Of a DNA stretch of 64,000 bases, positions 12,464 through 25,074 are shown piece after piece. Each line of letters starts with the position of its first letter. Position 1 is the first letter of the stretch. The notes below the pieces were generated by a model that did no database searches, was not told where the DNA came from, and worked only from the letters and a program-made list of their open reading frames with translations. The translations under genes were made by a program, and so were the position numbers. This stretch comes from Macrostomum lignano (taxonomy: Eukaryota): positions 124,001 through 188,000 of the forward strand of contig NIVC01000881.1 of NCBI GenBank assembly GCA_002269645.1. Direction: 5' to 3'.

Positions 12464-14901
12464 CTCACTACGAGGGTACGAGCGTATTCTCAGAATATTT
12501 TTTCAGTTATTGTCTTATTGAGTTAAACGCAAGTCGCAAAGGCAGCAAAGCTGAAAAATAAGTTGAGCTACTTTGTAAAGTCTTTCTAGCCAACCTGATC
12601 TATTTAATTAACTATTGGTATTGACTCATTAAACTCGCTTCCAGACTCATTAGGTTCCAATTTCCATTCTAGCTCTATGCGAAAAACTAAGTTTCCTAGT
12701 AAGAGGGTGGCGGTGGAACATAGACTAAACTAAGAACTACAATCAATAAAGAAATGAACTTTTAAACAGTAGTATAATGTGTACAAATAATTAAGGAGAA
12801 TTCCAACAAATAGAAAATACTAGATATTGACAAATATATATATATATAAGATATTTAGTATATAGATTGTATAAAACTAAAGTGTGTCCTCAATTCCTCA
12901 TATATTCAAATATCAGAGCAAAATCGGAGCAACCAAATTTCCGCAGATTGCAAAATTCCTCTTGATTTTCCACAGGCGAGCCAGAAATTCCGCATTGCGG
13001 AATTTCCGCAGGTAGTGGGAACACTGGCCCGAATTTAGAAATAGAAAAAGCTCGATGCGGATTTTCCGGAATGAATAATCATAAATGTGTAGATAGTTTT
13101 GGTGGGATGGGATCCGAGAGACGGGGATGCTGGATTCTGGGCACGTGACCGCGCATCCCACTGTACGCTGCCAGATGGGGAGTTGCACACGTGTACACAT
13201 GTGGAAAAGATGCCCAGCTGTCTCTACCCCAATACACTGTACGCATCAGATCTGCCCATGCAGGCCGCATACAGGAAATGCCTGCCCAGTATAGCAAGAG
13301 AAGACTATATCGGATTAGGCTAGCAATATAGGGATAGGTATGCATGAGTAATATTAATAGTGTCACTCACACTACTTAACTAGACTGTGAGACACAAGTT
13401 GCAAGACATTAAAGGTGCTGGTACATGTACGAGTATGGCGCCGCTCCCAGTGTGGCGCCCATAGTTGGCGCTCCCAACGTGGCGCCAACCTGTGCTGTAT
13501 TTCTGGCACCAAAAGAAGGCAAATAAGGAAAAAGAGAACGGGTTCTGTCATCAATATTGATAGTTATTACTCCTCTGTGTCACTAAAGCTTTCGCGCAGC
13601 AGAAGGCGGTGTTGCCTGGGAGGATTAAAAGCACGCATTTTCAATAATAACAAAATTAAACTTACTTAATCATTATGATTAATAAATATATTTGTATACA
13701 TACTGTTAGGCATGTAATAATTTATAAATAATAATCATCTTATCAAATAATAGAACTATTGCGGGGACTTTTCGATTTCGAACCTCAAAAATGGGAAGTC
13801 TCGAACACCGGACAGGCGTGGCAACAGTCCGATGGAGGGAGCGGGAGGCGGAAGTAAGGAAAACGCATGCAACTGCGCGCAGATTGGTTAATTGAATAAC
13901 AGCTCACAATTACTGGCCAACACACGCAAAGGAAGGACAAAAAACTGTTTATTACTAAATACAAGTAATACGTTAGGCTTTCTAAAAACTGTTCTAAATT
14001 GAATGTTGAATGGTGAATTGTTTGGATAATATCTTAGTCGCTAATAAATATTTGATATATAGTTATTATAACTAAATTTGGAAATAGGATTATATAACAG
14101 TAAAGCTGCTAATAAGTAATATATGTACATGCTGGGGTCTCTTATACGTGTACGAGCAGATGCTCCCCGTTAGCTCCGTATTGCTAAGCAAGCAATCAAA
14201 GCCTCTTATTATTAAACAGATTAAAAACACGCGATTTCCAAGCATAACATGTTGCAGAATTACATGGCTAACAGGATAAGATTGTCCGATTAACCTCAAC
14301 ACATTCTGCAACGAAACAAACTGGTCTTAAAAAAGCATTGAAAATCGTTTGTTCCTACTTAATAGTCGCAATGTCAGTAGTCTAATAAGCGTATGTACGT
14401 TATTTTTTATTGGATAAAGAAAAATATTGATTAATTTGCTGAAAAAGCAGAGTAATTTGAATTGAAATTTGAGGGCAAGTCTGACATGAAACGATTTGAG
14501 GGAAAATAAATGGAAATAAAATAAATTGGTGAATTATACTGCGCAACTACTACTGCTAGTAGTAGCAATCAGAAGGCTATAATGTGTCGATAAAATATTA
14601 AGGGTTTATGTTCCCTAATTCTTGTGGGAACAGTAGGATTTAACGGCGACCGGGGCTTCAGATATAAATAAATAAATAAATTTGAAAATATTACTAAAGC
14701 GTACAAAAATACACAACATTAAATAGCAATTTAATCGTTTTAATATTGAATTTAAGCCACTAAGTGTTGATTAACAAAATACAATGACTATATAAAATAA
14801 TGTGAAGCATAGCAGTGCACACAGGACTACTTGCTGGCTTTGATGGACAGGCAGACAAAAGCTCTAATCCACTGCAGGGCATGCTGTGTATATGGGAAGG
14901 G

Positions 14902-14907
14902 TTTATT
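14902..14907 (-). promoter_or_regulatory. Candidate polyadenylation signal of adducin
   Basis: AATAAA on the minus strand about 57 nt after the modelled stop codon. Confidence 0.45.
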
Positions 14908-14964
14908 AGCCTTTAAGTTCTTCGTGTGTGTGCTAGGCCAGCAGGCAGCCGAAGCATTGTGTGT

Positions 14965-17900
14965 TCAAACTTCAGGCTGCTGCTCCGATTGATCTGAAAA
15001 AATAATACATTAAAATTATACGAAAACACATTCAGTAGTTGCTTAAGGACTTCTGCTTCTGGGCTTTTGAGACAGTGTGCTTTCTTGCCTGTTCATTATT
15101 TTCATGTTAGGATAAAACACAACAGACATGGATACTGCGCTACCTGTAGCTGGAATATTGCAGGAGATCGGAGTGACTTAGGGAGGTGAGGAACAGTCTG
15201 AGGAGAGGAAGTCGGGGAAGGGCTTAACTATCAGGGACTGGAGAAATGTTGAATCTGCTGTTGTTATTGTTGTTGATGTTATTGTGTCTGTTGTTATTGT
15301 GTCTGTTGTTGTCGTTGTGTCTGCTGTTGTCATTGTTGTTTGTTTTTGTTATTGTGTCTGTTGCTATTATTGTGTCTGTTGTTATTAGTGTTTGTTGTTA
15401 TTATTGTGTCTGTTGTTATTAGTGTTTGTTGTTATTATTGTGTCTGTTGTTATTATTGTGTCTGTTGTGATTATTGTATTTCATTATTGTGTCTGCTGTT
15501 ATTATTGTGTCTGTTGTTGTTATTGTGTCTGTTGTTATTATTGTGTCTGTTGTTGTTATTGTGTCTGCTGTTATTATTGTGTCTGTTGCTATTATTGTGT
15601 CTGTTGTTGTCATTGTGTCTGTTGTTGTCATTGTGTCTGCTGTTATTATTGTGTCTGTTGCTATTATTGTGTCTGTTGTTGTCATTGTGTCTGCTGTTAT
15701 TATTGTGTCTGTTGCTATTATTGTGTCTGTTGCTATTATTGTGTCTGTTGTTGTCATTGTGTCTGTTGTTGTTATTGTGTATGTTGTTGTTATTGTTTGT
15801 TGTTGTCATTTTGTCTGTTGTTGTCATTGTGTTTGTTGTTATTGTGTCTGTTGTTATTGTGTCTGTTGTTGTTATTGTTTGTTGTTGTCATTTTGTCTGT
15901 TGTTGTCATTGTGTTTGTTGCTATTGTGTCTGTTGTTATTATTGCATCTGCTGTTATCACTGTGTCTGTTGTTATCATTGTGTCTGTTGTTATTATTGCA
16001 TCTGCTGTTATCACTGTGTCTGTTGTTATCATTGTGTCTGTTGTTATCATTGTGTCTGTTGTTATCACTGTGTCTGTTGTTATCATTGTGTCTGTTGTTA
16101 TCATTGTGTCTGTTGTTATCACTGTGTCTGTTGTTATCATTGTGTCTGTTGTTATCATTGTGTCTGTTGTTATCACTGTGTCTGTTGTTATCATTGTGTC
16201 TGTTGTTATCATTGTGTCTGTTGTTGTTATTGTCTGTTGTTATTATTGCGCCAGTTATTATTTTGGTCTGTTGTTGCAACGCCTTCGGCAACTTTGCCTC
16301 ACAACCAGCGATGAAGCAACTGCCCATCCCGCTGACTACTGAGCACACACAAGCTCCACCCCTTACCGAAATTCAATTTCTCGGCTTCCTCAGCTGCCGG
16401 TTGGCTCTGCTCCGTCCCGGATTCCCCTACCGGTTCCTCTTTGGCTGACTCAGCAGAGTCAGGTTCAGCTGCTTGCGCTGTCTCTGCAAAATAATTAATG
16501 AAAAATTGACACTTAGAGACGGTTATAATTTTAATATTGACTTTATTATCCTACTCTAAAATTCCCCCAACCATCCAGCTGGGAGATATACAAAACCAAT
16601 TAGTTATAATAGTTTGTGTCTGAGTTAGCTGCAATTCAGAAGATCAAATGTTGAGAGATAATCAAATATAGCCAGTGTTTGATAAGGGAACTGGGCTGCA
16701 TCATATCCCACTATACCCATATAGTTAATTACGAGCGTAGATGGAGGAGAAATAAAAGTACAAAATAGAATATAAAGAACAGGGATTAGTACGAACGTTT
16801 GGCGTTCCCCACAACAGTGGCACTAATAACAAAATATGATGGGGATTAGATCCCACACTACTCACTAATCGGTTTTATATCCAGCAGTAGTTAACAATTA
16901 ATGTGTTTTATGAATGATTTATGATTAAATTATTAAATTTAACACACGATGAAAGGATTATATCCAATACCGGATTAGCAATGGGATTATATCTCACACT
17001 GGATTAGTAATGGGATTATATCCCACACTGGATTAGCAATGAGATTATATCTCACACTGGATTAGCAATGAGATTATATCTCACACTGGATTAGCAATTG
17101 GATTATATCCCACACTGGATTAGCAATGGGATTATATCCCACTCACCAGGAGCATTAGCCTCATCTCCAGCCGGGGCGGCCACAGCCTCCTCCTCCTCTG
17201 GCAGTGGCGTGGGCGGCTTCTGTGGCTTCCTTGGCCGGTCCTCGGGCGCCCGCAGACGCGGCTCCTTGTACACGTAGCCAGTCCGGTAGCCGGCGCCGTC
17301 CAGCTCGCGCATGGCGGCCTCGAACTCCAGCTGGCCGAAGCTCCAGCCATTGGCGCCGGACCTGGCCGCGGCGGCTTTGCCAGCGGCCACGGCGGCCTCA
17401 GACGGCAGCCAGAGATTGTCCGGGCCGCCGGCCGCGCGCAGGCTCTCCAACTGAATCCTGGCGGCGGTCATCAGCAGCTCGGTACGGCGCCAGGCCTCTT
17501 CTAAAGTGGCGCCGCAGACGCAGACTCCGTGATGACGCAACAGCAGGACGGTGGCTTTCTGTCCGATGGATTCGATGAGGGCCGGCCGCTCGCTCTCGTC
17601 CGACACGATGCCGTGGAAATCGTGAAAAGCGACTTCGTCCATGATGGCCAGGGCCTCCGGGCACAGCGGCAGCAGGCCGCAGCGGCTGTTGGCCACGGCC
17701 AGGGCTTCGTTAGAGTGCAGGTGCACAATGGCCCGGATGTCCGGCCTGGCCGAGTGAATGGCCGAGTGCAGCACCCAGCCGGCCTTATTGACGCCGAAGA
17801 CGGTGCAGCCGCGATCGACAATATCGCCGGCCAGGTCGATCTTCACCAGGCTGCCGGCGGTGATCTCACGGTACTCCAGGCCGAACGGGTTGATGAGGAA

Positions 17901-20171
17901 GTGCTCGCTGGCGCCCTCCACGCGGGCCTGCGGGGGCGACAGGCTGATTTGAAACCCCGTGCTATACATGTATGTATGTTTGCATGTGTGTATGTATATG
18001 TATCTATGTGGGTATGTATGTATTTGTGTATCTATGTATGTATATGTATGTATGTACGTGTATGTATGTGTATGTATGTTTGCATGTGTGTATGTATTTA
18101 TGTGTGTATGTATATGTGTGTATGTAAGTATTTATGTATGCATGTGTGTGTATGCATGTATGTATGTATATGTGTGTATGTATTTATGTATGTATGTATA
18201 TACTTATGTATGTACCACCTTAGTGACATTAGGTTTGTAAAAGACGCTCCGGTATTAAAACACTTTCGCTCTCCTGGCCAAGGCCATCAGGACTTTCGTT
18301 TCATATGGTCGCGATTTCTGAGCACATCAACGTCAGTGCGCGCTATTTTTTTAATATCTTTGAAATATTTTGCCTAACACAGTATAACCGATACAAAAAT
18401 GCCTGACCCCGATGGACATGTTTAGTGATGAAGCAATAAGCTACCAGTGCACCAATGTGGCTCAGAAGCACACTCAAGTGCATTATTATCAAACGGGCGA
18501 AGTTAAAAATTTATTTTAGTAAGCTAAAAATTATTGTCGCACTCCTCTCGCTAAAATGCATTGCCATATAGGCGCAGGGCACCAGCACAGCCTGTCTCTG
18601 ACTGCCTGTGACCCACTTTCCGACCGCAGCAGACTTAAGCACAAACTAACAGGACCGAAGGACAGTGCAATTGCAATACCAGGCCTGTAAAACGCTGCAT
18701 GATGGAAAGCAAGACCACATAGCAACTGCACAGTTAGTGCTTACCCTTATGCTTAATAAACTGTTTATTAGTTTAACTATCTCTATTCTGAAGCTGGAAG
18801 ACATGCAATACACTATTGTGTAGGTCTTGGTAAGTTATACTGGAATACTGTGACTCAAGCTGACCCACAAATACTGGAATACTGTGACTCAAGCTGACCC
18901 ACAAATACTGGAATATTGTGACTCAAGCTGACCCACAAATACTGGAATATTGTGACTCAAGCTGACCCACAAATACTGGAATATTGTGACTCAAACTGAC
19001 CCACAAATACTGGAATACTGTGACTCAAGCTGACCCACAAATACTGGAATATTGTGACTCAAGCTGACCCACAAATACTGGAATATTGTGACTCAAGCTG
19101 ACCCACAAATACTGGAATACTGTGACTCAAGCTGACCCACAAATACTGGAATATTGTGACTCAAGCTGACCCACAAATACTGGAATATTGTGACTCAAAC
19201 TGACCCACAAATACTGGAATATTGTGACTCAAGCTGACCCACAAATACTGGAATATTGTGACTCAAGCTGACCCACAAATACTGGAATATTGTGACTCAA
19301 GCTGACCCACAAATACTGGAATATTGTGACTCAAGCTGACCCACAAATACTGGAATACTGTGACTCAAGCTGACCCACAAATACTGGAATATTGTGACTC
19401 AAGCTGACCCACAAATACTGGAATATTGTGACTCAAGCTGACCCACAAATACTGGAATATTGTGACTCAAGCTGACCCACAAATACTGGAATATTGTGAC
19501 TCAAGCTGACCCACAAATACTGGAATATTGTGACTCAAGCTGACCCACAAATACTGGAATATTGTGACTCAAGCTGACCCACAAATACTGGAATATTGTG
19601 ACTCAAGCTGACCCACATTCCAGACCCGCAGTGTACCCACACTCACGGTCACGTGATTATAGATGCCCTCGGACCAGCCGTGCAGGTCAACCAGGCGATA
19701 GACGGCGGCCAGCTTACAGCGGAGCAGCCGCTCCTCGGGCTGGTAGGCTGCCGCATCACCGCCGCGAAGGTCGTTAACTGGCAGCACCGAGGTGGTGGCG
19801 GCGGCGACGCTGGATGAAGCGGACGGAGCTAGAAGGTCGCTCAACTGACGAAGCGCGTCAAGGGAGGCCGGCTGCGCGCCGCCAGTCTTCAATTGGGACT
19901 GAACAATCTCCTCCAGTTCGCGCCGGAACGCCTCGGAGTTGAGTATCAATGAGACGCGTTTTCGTTGCTCCATGAGCGTCAGGTCCTCCTTGATCTCCGC
20001 TGGGCGCATGAGCTGGCGCTGGTACTCAGGGTCCTCGGGATCGATGGAGTCGATGAACTTGGCGTCGCCATTGGCAGCGCCGGCCTTGCCAGCGGCCGAG
20101 GGCGCTTTCGATGATTTAATAGCCGCCGCCGCAGCAGCTGAAGCCGCCGCTGAGTTACTCTTTTTCGGCAT
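14965..20171 (-). CDS. add: Adducin (class II aldolase-fold head), about 483 aa in the 4-exon model
   Basis: Exons 20171-19647, 17927-17147, 16483-16367 and 14993-14965, all GT-AG and phase-consistent. Motifs: RVSLILNSEAFRRELE, LRCKLAAVYRLVDLHGW, IYNHVTARV, EHFLINPFGL, LHSAIHSARPD, GQLEFEAAMRELDGAGYRTGY. The last two exons are less certain. Confidence 0.9.
15258..16245. repeat. Degenerate ~18-bp repeat TGTGTCTGTTGTTATCAT in adducin intron 3
   Basis: Visible TGT/TAT-rich array; source of several spurious Cys/Val/Asn-rich ORFs. Confidence 0.9.
16958..17144. repeat. 29-bp minisatellite GATTATATCCCACACTGGATTAGCAATGG in adducin intron 2
   Basis: About 6 units. The first unit on the gene strand overlaps the GTGAGT donor. 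Confidence 0.9.
17964..18213. repeat. (TATG/TGTA)n degenerate microsatellite near the 3' end of adducin intron 1
   Basis: Directly visible; ends about 35 nt from the acceptor. Confidence 0.9.
18838..19617. repeat. 34-bp minisatellite ACTCAAGCTGACCCACAAATACTGGAATATTGTG in adducin intron 1
   Basis: About 23 near-perfect units beginning about 30 nt inside the donor. Confidence 0.95.
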
Positions 20172-20268
20172 TGGATTTCCGGTTGCTAAGGTAAGCTGGG
20201 CTCTGTTGCTAGGGAGATGATAATAGGGGCAGCGGTCTGAAATTTTAGAAATGAAACATTGTTACAAT

Positions 20269-20435
20269 CATGCTTGGGCGCAACCTTGGGATTTACTCGG
20301 CCGTTTCTATTGGCAACATACATGTAATTGGACGGAATAGTAGTCACGTGACTGCTCTCAGCTAATAGCGACTTACATGTATGTAAGTGTTGCCAATAGA
20401 AACGGCCAGGTGATTCCCAAGGTTGCGCATGTATG
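20269..20435. mobile_element. Palindromic hAT-type MITE just upstream of the adducin start
   Basis: Arms GCGCAACCTTGGGA...GGCCGTTTCTATTGGCAACA...TACATGTAA (from 20278) and the reverse complement ending at 20428. Direct repeat GTTACAAT at 20261-20268 and 20436-20443. Confidence 0.7.
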
Positions 20436-20744
20436 GTTACAATGATTTAATCAGTCTATTTAATGGCAGACAACTATAACTACCTTAAGTATCATTAGAT
20501 TAGAGTTTAGATTTTTTACTATAATTTCACTATGAATCGATTTTTTACTCTAAAGTAGCATTGAATTTTGAGATATCGTAATAATCATTTGTCTTGAAGT
20601 TCTATTATCCAAACTTTAGACAAATATCCTAAATCATTTATTCTATTATTTGGTAACAAAAATAACATTTTGGTAACATATGTTAAAGACCATAAATAGT
20701 CAAAACCAAATAAAGCTTTCAATTGCATGCACAGTAAACCAATA

Positions 20745-21852
20745 TGAGGGGTATTCAAAAAGTTTTGACAACAGGCTACTAAAATCTAGTGCAAGCTCAT
20801 TACTCTAAAAGTAAGGGTTTACAGTCCTACGTAGTCTCCGCCACGCTCTATGCACTTCTGATGCCTCCGTAGCCACAAATCAAAGGCGCAGCGGTACTCC
20901 AATTCAGTGAATGCCCTCAACTCTGAATTGAGAGCGCGGGCCAGGTCTGGCGGCCTCTGCACCCAACGAGCTGTGATCTTCCTGAGCCCTAGCTGCTCAT
21001 GCAGGGTGGTAAAAACACCGCTCTCAGATATGTCAAGTGTCTGGCTCAGCATGGCAACAGAAATGTTTGGATCCTCAGCCACCAGCGATTGCACAGCGCC
21101 AATGTTGCTCTTGTTCACGGCTGTGCTCGGCCTCCCAGATTGACGGTTGTCACAGAGGCTGCTCCTGCCGGCGCCAAAAGCCTCAATCCATTGTGCAACA
21201 GTGCGACAAGATGAAGCTTGATCCCCTATTACCTGTGCTAAGTTGTGCACATAAAGATGTAGAAGCGCATGTTTTCTGAGCTGATATTTCCATCTTTTGT
21301 CACAAGCCAAAATGTAGGTATGGTCAGGTGTGAATTGTGCAATAATGAGTGAAGCTATTGCACTGAAAATTTATATGGTGGTCTTTTTTTAGAGGCAGGG
21401 GGGTTGTGTGCACCCTGGCGCACTTTAAGTGACATAGGCACACAACCAGCAAGAGGCATTACTGCCCATTCCGCCAACTCACCTGAGCAGGCATACAAGT
21501 GCGCGGATATGTACGCAGGCACACACTCACACAGGAGTGTACAGCGGCCCTAACTTATTGTTAGGCATGTACACTTCACTGCGCCTTGGGGGTTGGCTCT
21601 CAAGGCCGTTAATTGCATGAGCAGAGCCAAGCTGAGATTCCAATTCAGCCCCAAATTAATGTGACTGCACTTGGAATCGAGCCTGTGTTGCTGGCACACC
21701 AGAGCCTACGCTAGACTGCTGGGCTACGGCCCCCTTATAGATATATGGTGGTCTCAGGTATATTACTAAAATATTCCTAAAATTTAGTGTGTTTTGCTTG
21801 AGCCAAAGTATATCTATATATGCAGTTGCAAAAACTTTTTGAATGCCCCTCA
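20745..21852 (-). mobile_element. Internally deleted mariner (Tc1/mariner) element
   Basis: TIR TGAGGGGYATTCAAAAAGTTTT at both ends with TA flanks (20743-20744, 21853-21854). ORF 21310-20819 has the HTH/linker (SGRPST...LGLRKITARWVQ) fused to the C-terminus (FDLWLRRHQKCIERGGDYV); the DDD core is missing. Confidence 0.9.
21385..21741 (-). mobile_element. tRNA-derived SINE inserted in the mariner
   Basis: 13-bp TSD TATATGGTGGTCT at 21372-21384 and 21742-21754. The minus strand starts GGGGGCCGTAGCCCAGCAGT (A-box-like) with GGCTCGATTCC (B-box-like) and ends in a short A tail. Confidence 0.75.
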
Positions 21853-23270
21853 TATAAACAAAAAGGCTTTCTAGATATAGCCATATTATATTCTTGTAGA
21901 AAACTATTGTACTAGTCAACTATAAATTCATAAATTTTGTAAGATTTATATAACTTTTAGCTTTTAATATATATAGCAATATATCAATATATAGCTTATG
22001 TTAAAATTCTATTACACATATATTTCTGTTTTTATTATCTATAGCAAAAAACTAATTAAACTAGTACATTGTCAATAAATGCTTCTAACATACAAATTAA
22101 AAATGATGCCAAAAAACTAAACCATTTATAATCATTCTTCTTTTTGGCTAAAATTGTTTAAATGAATTCTAATTAATTGTATATATTTCATTTTATCATA
22201 TGAAAACTAGTTTTGAAATTAAAAAATATTGGCCATATAATTTAGCTTATCTTTATATAATTCCTGATTGCAGCGCATGGGCATTTTGGCGGACGGCGTC
22301 TGGCGCGGATCAGCCTGCGCAGCGCAGCATTGGTGGTGGACCAGGGGTAAGTTGCAAAAATGCCACCCCATGGAATACGGGTGTAGTACTAATTAGATGC
22401 TGAGGCATTTAGGCTTGATAAGACAGTCATAGTTACTCCTGCCATTTACCCAAAACTGCCATTTACCCTCCTGCCGTTAATTTTGCTTTAGGGTTTCTTT
22501 CACAGGTAAGTCATTTCATAGCGTGGCGCAGGTTGTGTAGGCGTCTGGCGTACTTAAGCCATGCGCTGCAATAGGGATATAATTTAGTTTGCTACTTTTG
22601 TTATAAGAATTATTTGGCACTTTTTTATTCTATTTTTTGCTCTTGGTTTTTTAATATTTTAATATTATGTTTTTTTAAATTCATTTATCAATTTTTAAGG
22701 TTTTTAAATAATACTCATTTTTTATTGAATAAATATTTGAAAGAAAAATCTAATTTGAAAATAAAATACTAATAATTAATTTGATTCATTAATATAATAA
22801 AACCAAGGACCTTTTTAGAAATTCCTTATAAATGAATGCTAAAGAGGTTGAAAAGAATCTTTTTTCTTTTTTAATTTATAGAAATTAATACTATCCCTAA
22901 CTTTAAATTGTACTTATCTGTGCAAGCTAAAACATTGTTCCTATATGTTATAAATAAAGTCAAGACTCAAAGACAGCCAAGGTAATGCCCAGAATTATAT
23001 TTATTCAATGAAATTTTTTTGATTAATATCTTTACTAAGATACCAATGCTACTTAAGTAGGCCCTATATATTTTTTACCTATTATTTCTAATTTTGCTTG
23101 CATTGCCTAGAAAATTAAACAAAAAATAATTTTAGTAATTGGTTTTATTTTTTATAAAAAACATATGGGGCAATAAAACTGTTTCTATATAAAACTTTAG
23201 CCTTATCTTTTCAATATTGACAAAATTGGCAATTTTTTACTTTATTGCATTTAATTATTTTTCACTTTTC

Positions 23271-23510
23271 TTTGGATGGGAGGCCTACAATGGCTTGCAG
23301 AACCACGATGTTGTGAATAATCAACTTCATTTTGCTGACCCTAACAACCCATCGATCCACACAAACACCATTTAGGGGTCGTGGGCCTATGTCAAGGCAA
23401 AGTTCCGGGCAATGCATGGCACTTCCAAAGCTCTGTTTGAAAGCCATCTCAGCGAGTATCTCTGGCGCTGGCTCTCTCCTAGAAAGAAGTTTGGCAACTT
23501 CCTGTACTAG
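23271..23510 (+). pseudogene. Merlin/IS1595 (ISXO2-like) transposase C-terminal relic
   Basis: Translation GWEAYNGLQNHDVVNNQLHFADPNNPSIHTNTI*GSWAYVKAKFRAMHGTSKALFESHLSEYLWRW matches the WxAY..H..VNH..F.DP..HTNxIE..W...YL.E..WR pattern. The catalytic Glu codon is now TAG (23373-23375). Confidence 0.8.
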
Positions 23511-25074
23511 GTGGCTCATTATTATTGACTAATTGACTTACCTGACACTTAAAGACACTTATCTTTTATCTTCCTACCATCTTTATGTTTTGAAATTAAA
23601 AAAGAACCATTAAAAAATTAAACGTAGTAAAGTAAAAGATTGCTACAAAATTACAAATTTTTACATTATATTAAAACTGAAATTTGATTGATTAGCTTGT
23701 TTAATTATTTGGTTTAGTTGACAATATTAATATCCTCTATATCCTAGAATTATCTATCATAAAAGGCCTATATAACTATAACTATAAGCAGATCATAAAT
23801 TTAAATAGGCTGGGCAACTACTTTAAGTTAAAGGCATACTAACTCATTTTAACTAGATGACCAAGTTGAGCTTGATGTTAGCACTACAATTATTCTAATT
23901 TATTCATTCAATCAAATATAATACAAAGCAAATTCCAAATAAAAATGAGTTGTTGCTTGTTGGTATCTATTTATGACTATATATGCGATCAATTTCAGAA
24001 ATAAATAAAGTCAACTAAAAATATACCATTTGTCGACTTTAATCTTCATATTCAGAATCTTATTCTGTCTTTAATGAGCTAGGGGCCTAGTAATTATTAA
24101 TATATGGATAAATTCTAAATTCGATTCAACTTCAACTGACTGTTAAATTAAAATCAATTACGCTTACGCCTAAAGATTAAGAGCATCAACAGTTTACAAC
24201 ATTCTTTAATCTATTGTCCTATTACCAATCACAATATTTACTCTAACGTCAAAGCCTTTTCCTCAGCTTGCCTCATCAAACTCGTGGTAAATCAATAATT
24301 CATTCATGGTTCCTGTAGGAAGAAAACTGTTGTCGTTCAAAACCGTCTCTAGATCTCGATTTACTTATTATTAAAATATATACAAACTATTAAGCTAAAA
24401 CAGGGTACCTTGGAAAGTGTCTTAATCCTTATTAAACATAAAATGAAGACTAGCTTTTCTGTTTCTTTGTTAAACTTTTTAAATACACGCAAACCGGTGG
24501 TTCTTACGAGGACAATGTGCATCTGTGCAGATCAGAGGGGATTAAGAGGTATAAAATGTGGGGAGCAGATTTTAACCAGGAGTAACTAGAGGGGCGCCAT
24601 AATATATACACTAGAGGGGCGCCATAATATACACTAGAGGGGCGCCGTAATACACTAGAGGGCGCCCTGAAGGGGCGCCATACTGAGCAAACGGAGGTTG
24701 TGGTGGGGACCTTTTTTGTAGGGCAATGAAAATGGGGGTGGCCGCCCCCCAAATCACTTTAAAATTGGTTAACTAAGCTACAGTAAATTGATTTAACACG
24801 TAAACACCTGCAGCTAGTATAGCTAGCTAGAATGCTTGTACGTGAAACTAAATGAAACAAAAACGGAAACTAAGATTTTCCATCATATAGTTTACCCATC
24901 CTAGAGTTTATAGTACCAGCCGACATCAATTTACAAGCCCCGGCCCAGTTTAAAAGTTTATTTCATAATCTAAGGTCGCTGCAATTAAAGTCTCTCAGGT
25001 ATAACATTGAGGGTAGGTCCAAACTATTTTCATGTAATATTTTACGAAATTTTCATAACGGAAAAAAGCATTCA

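Larger units (their letters stand above)
9357..13026 (-). mobile_element. Full-length autonomous hAT-superfamily DNA transposon
   Basis: TIR CAGTGTTCCCACT at 9357-9369 and its reverse complement at 13014-13026. Perfect 8-bp TSD GCCCGAAT at 9349-9356 and 13027-13034. Subterminal AAATT(T)CCGCA motifs occur near both ends. Confidence 0.95.

Noticed and set aside
16339-16366. Second 28-nt intron in adducin (GTAAGG...CTCAG)
   Set aside because: Splicing it leads into the Asn-rich repeat frame with no adducin-like sequence; the 14993 acceptor gives a cleaner end.
15340-16448. Cys/Val/Leu-rich membrane or metallothionein-like ORFs
   Set aside because: They lie in a TGT/TAT simple repeat inside adducin intron 3.
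21660-21735. Functional tRNA gene
   Set aside because: No convincing cloverleaf by eye; it continues into a body with an A tail and TSD, consistent with a SINE.
23262-23532. The two listed ORFs over the Merlin relic as genes
   Set aside because: They are the antisense and off-frame shadows of the stop-containing transposase frame starting at 23271.
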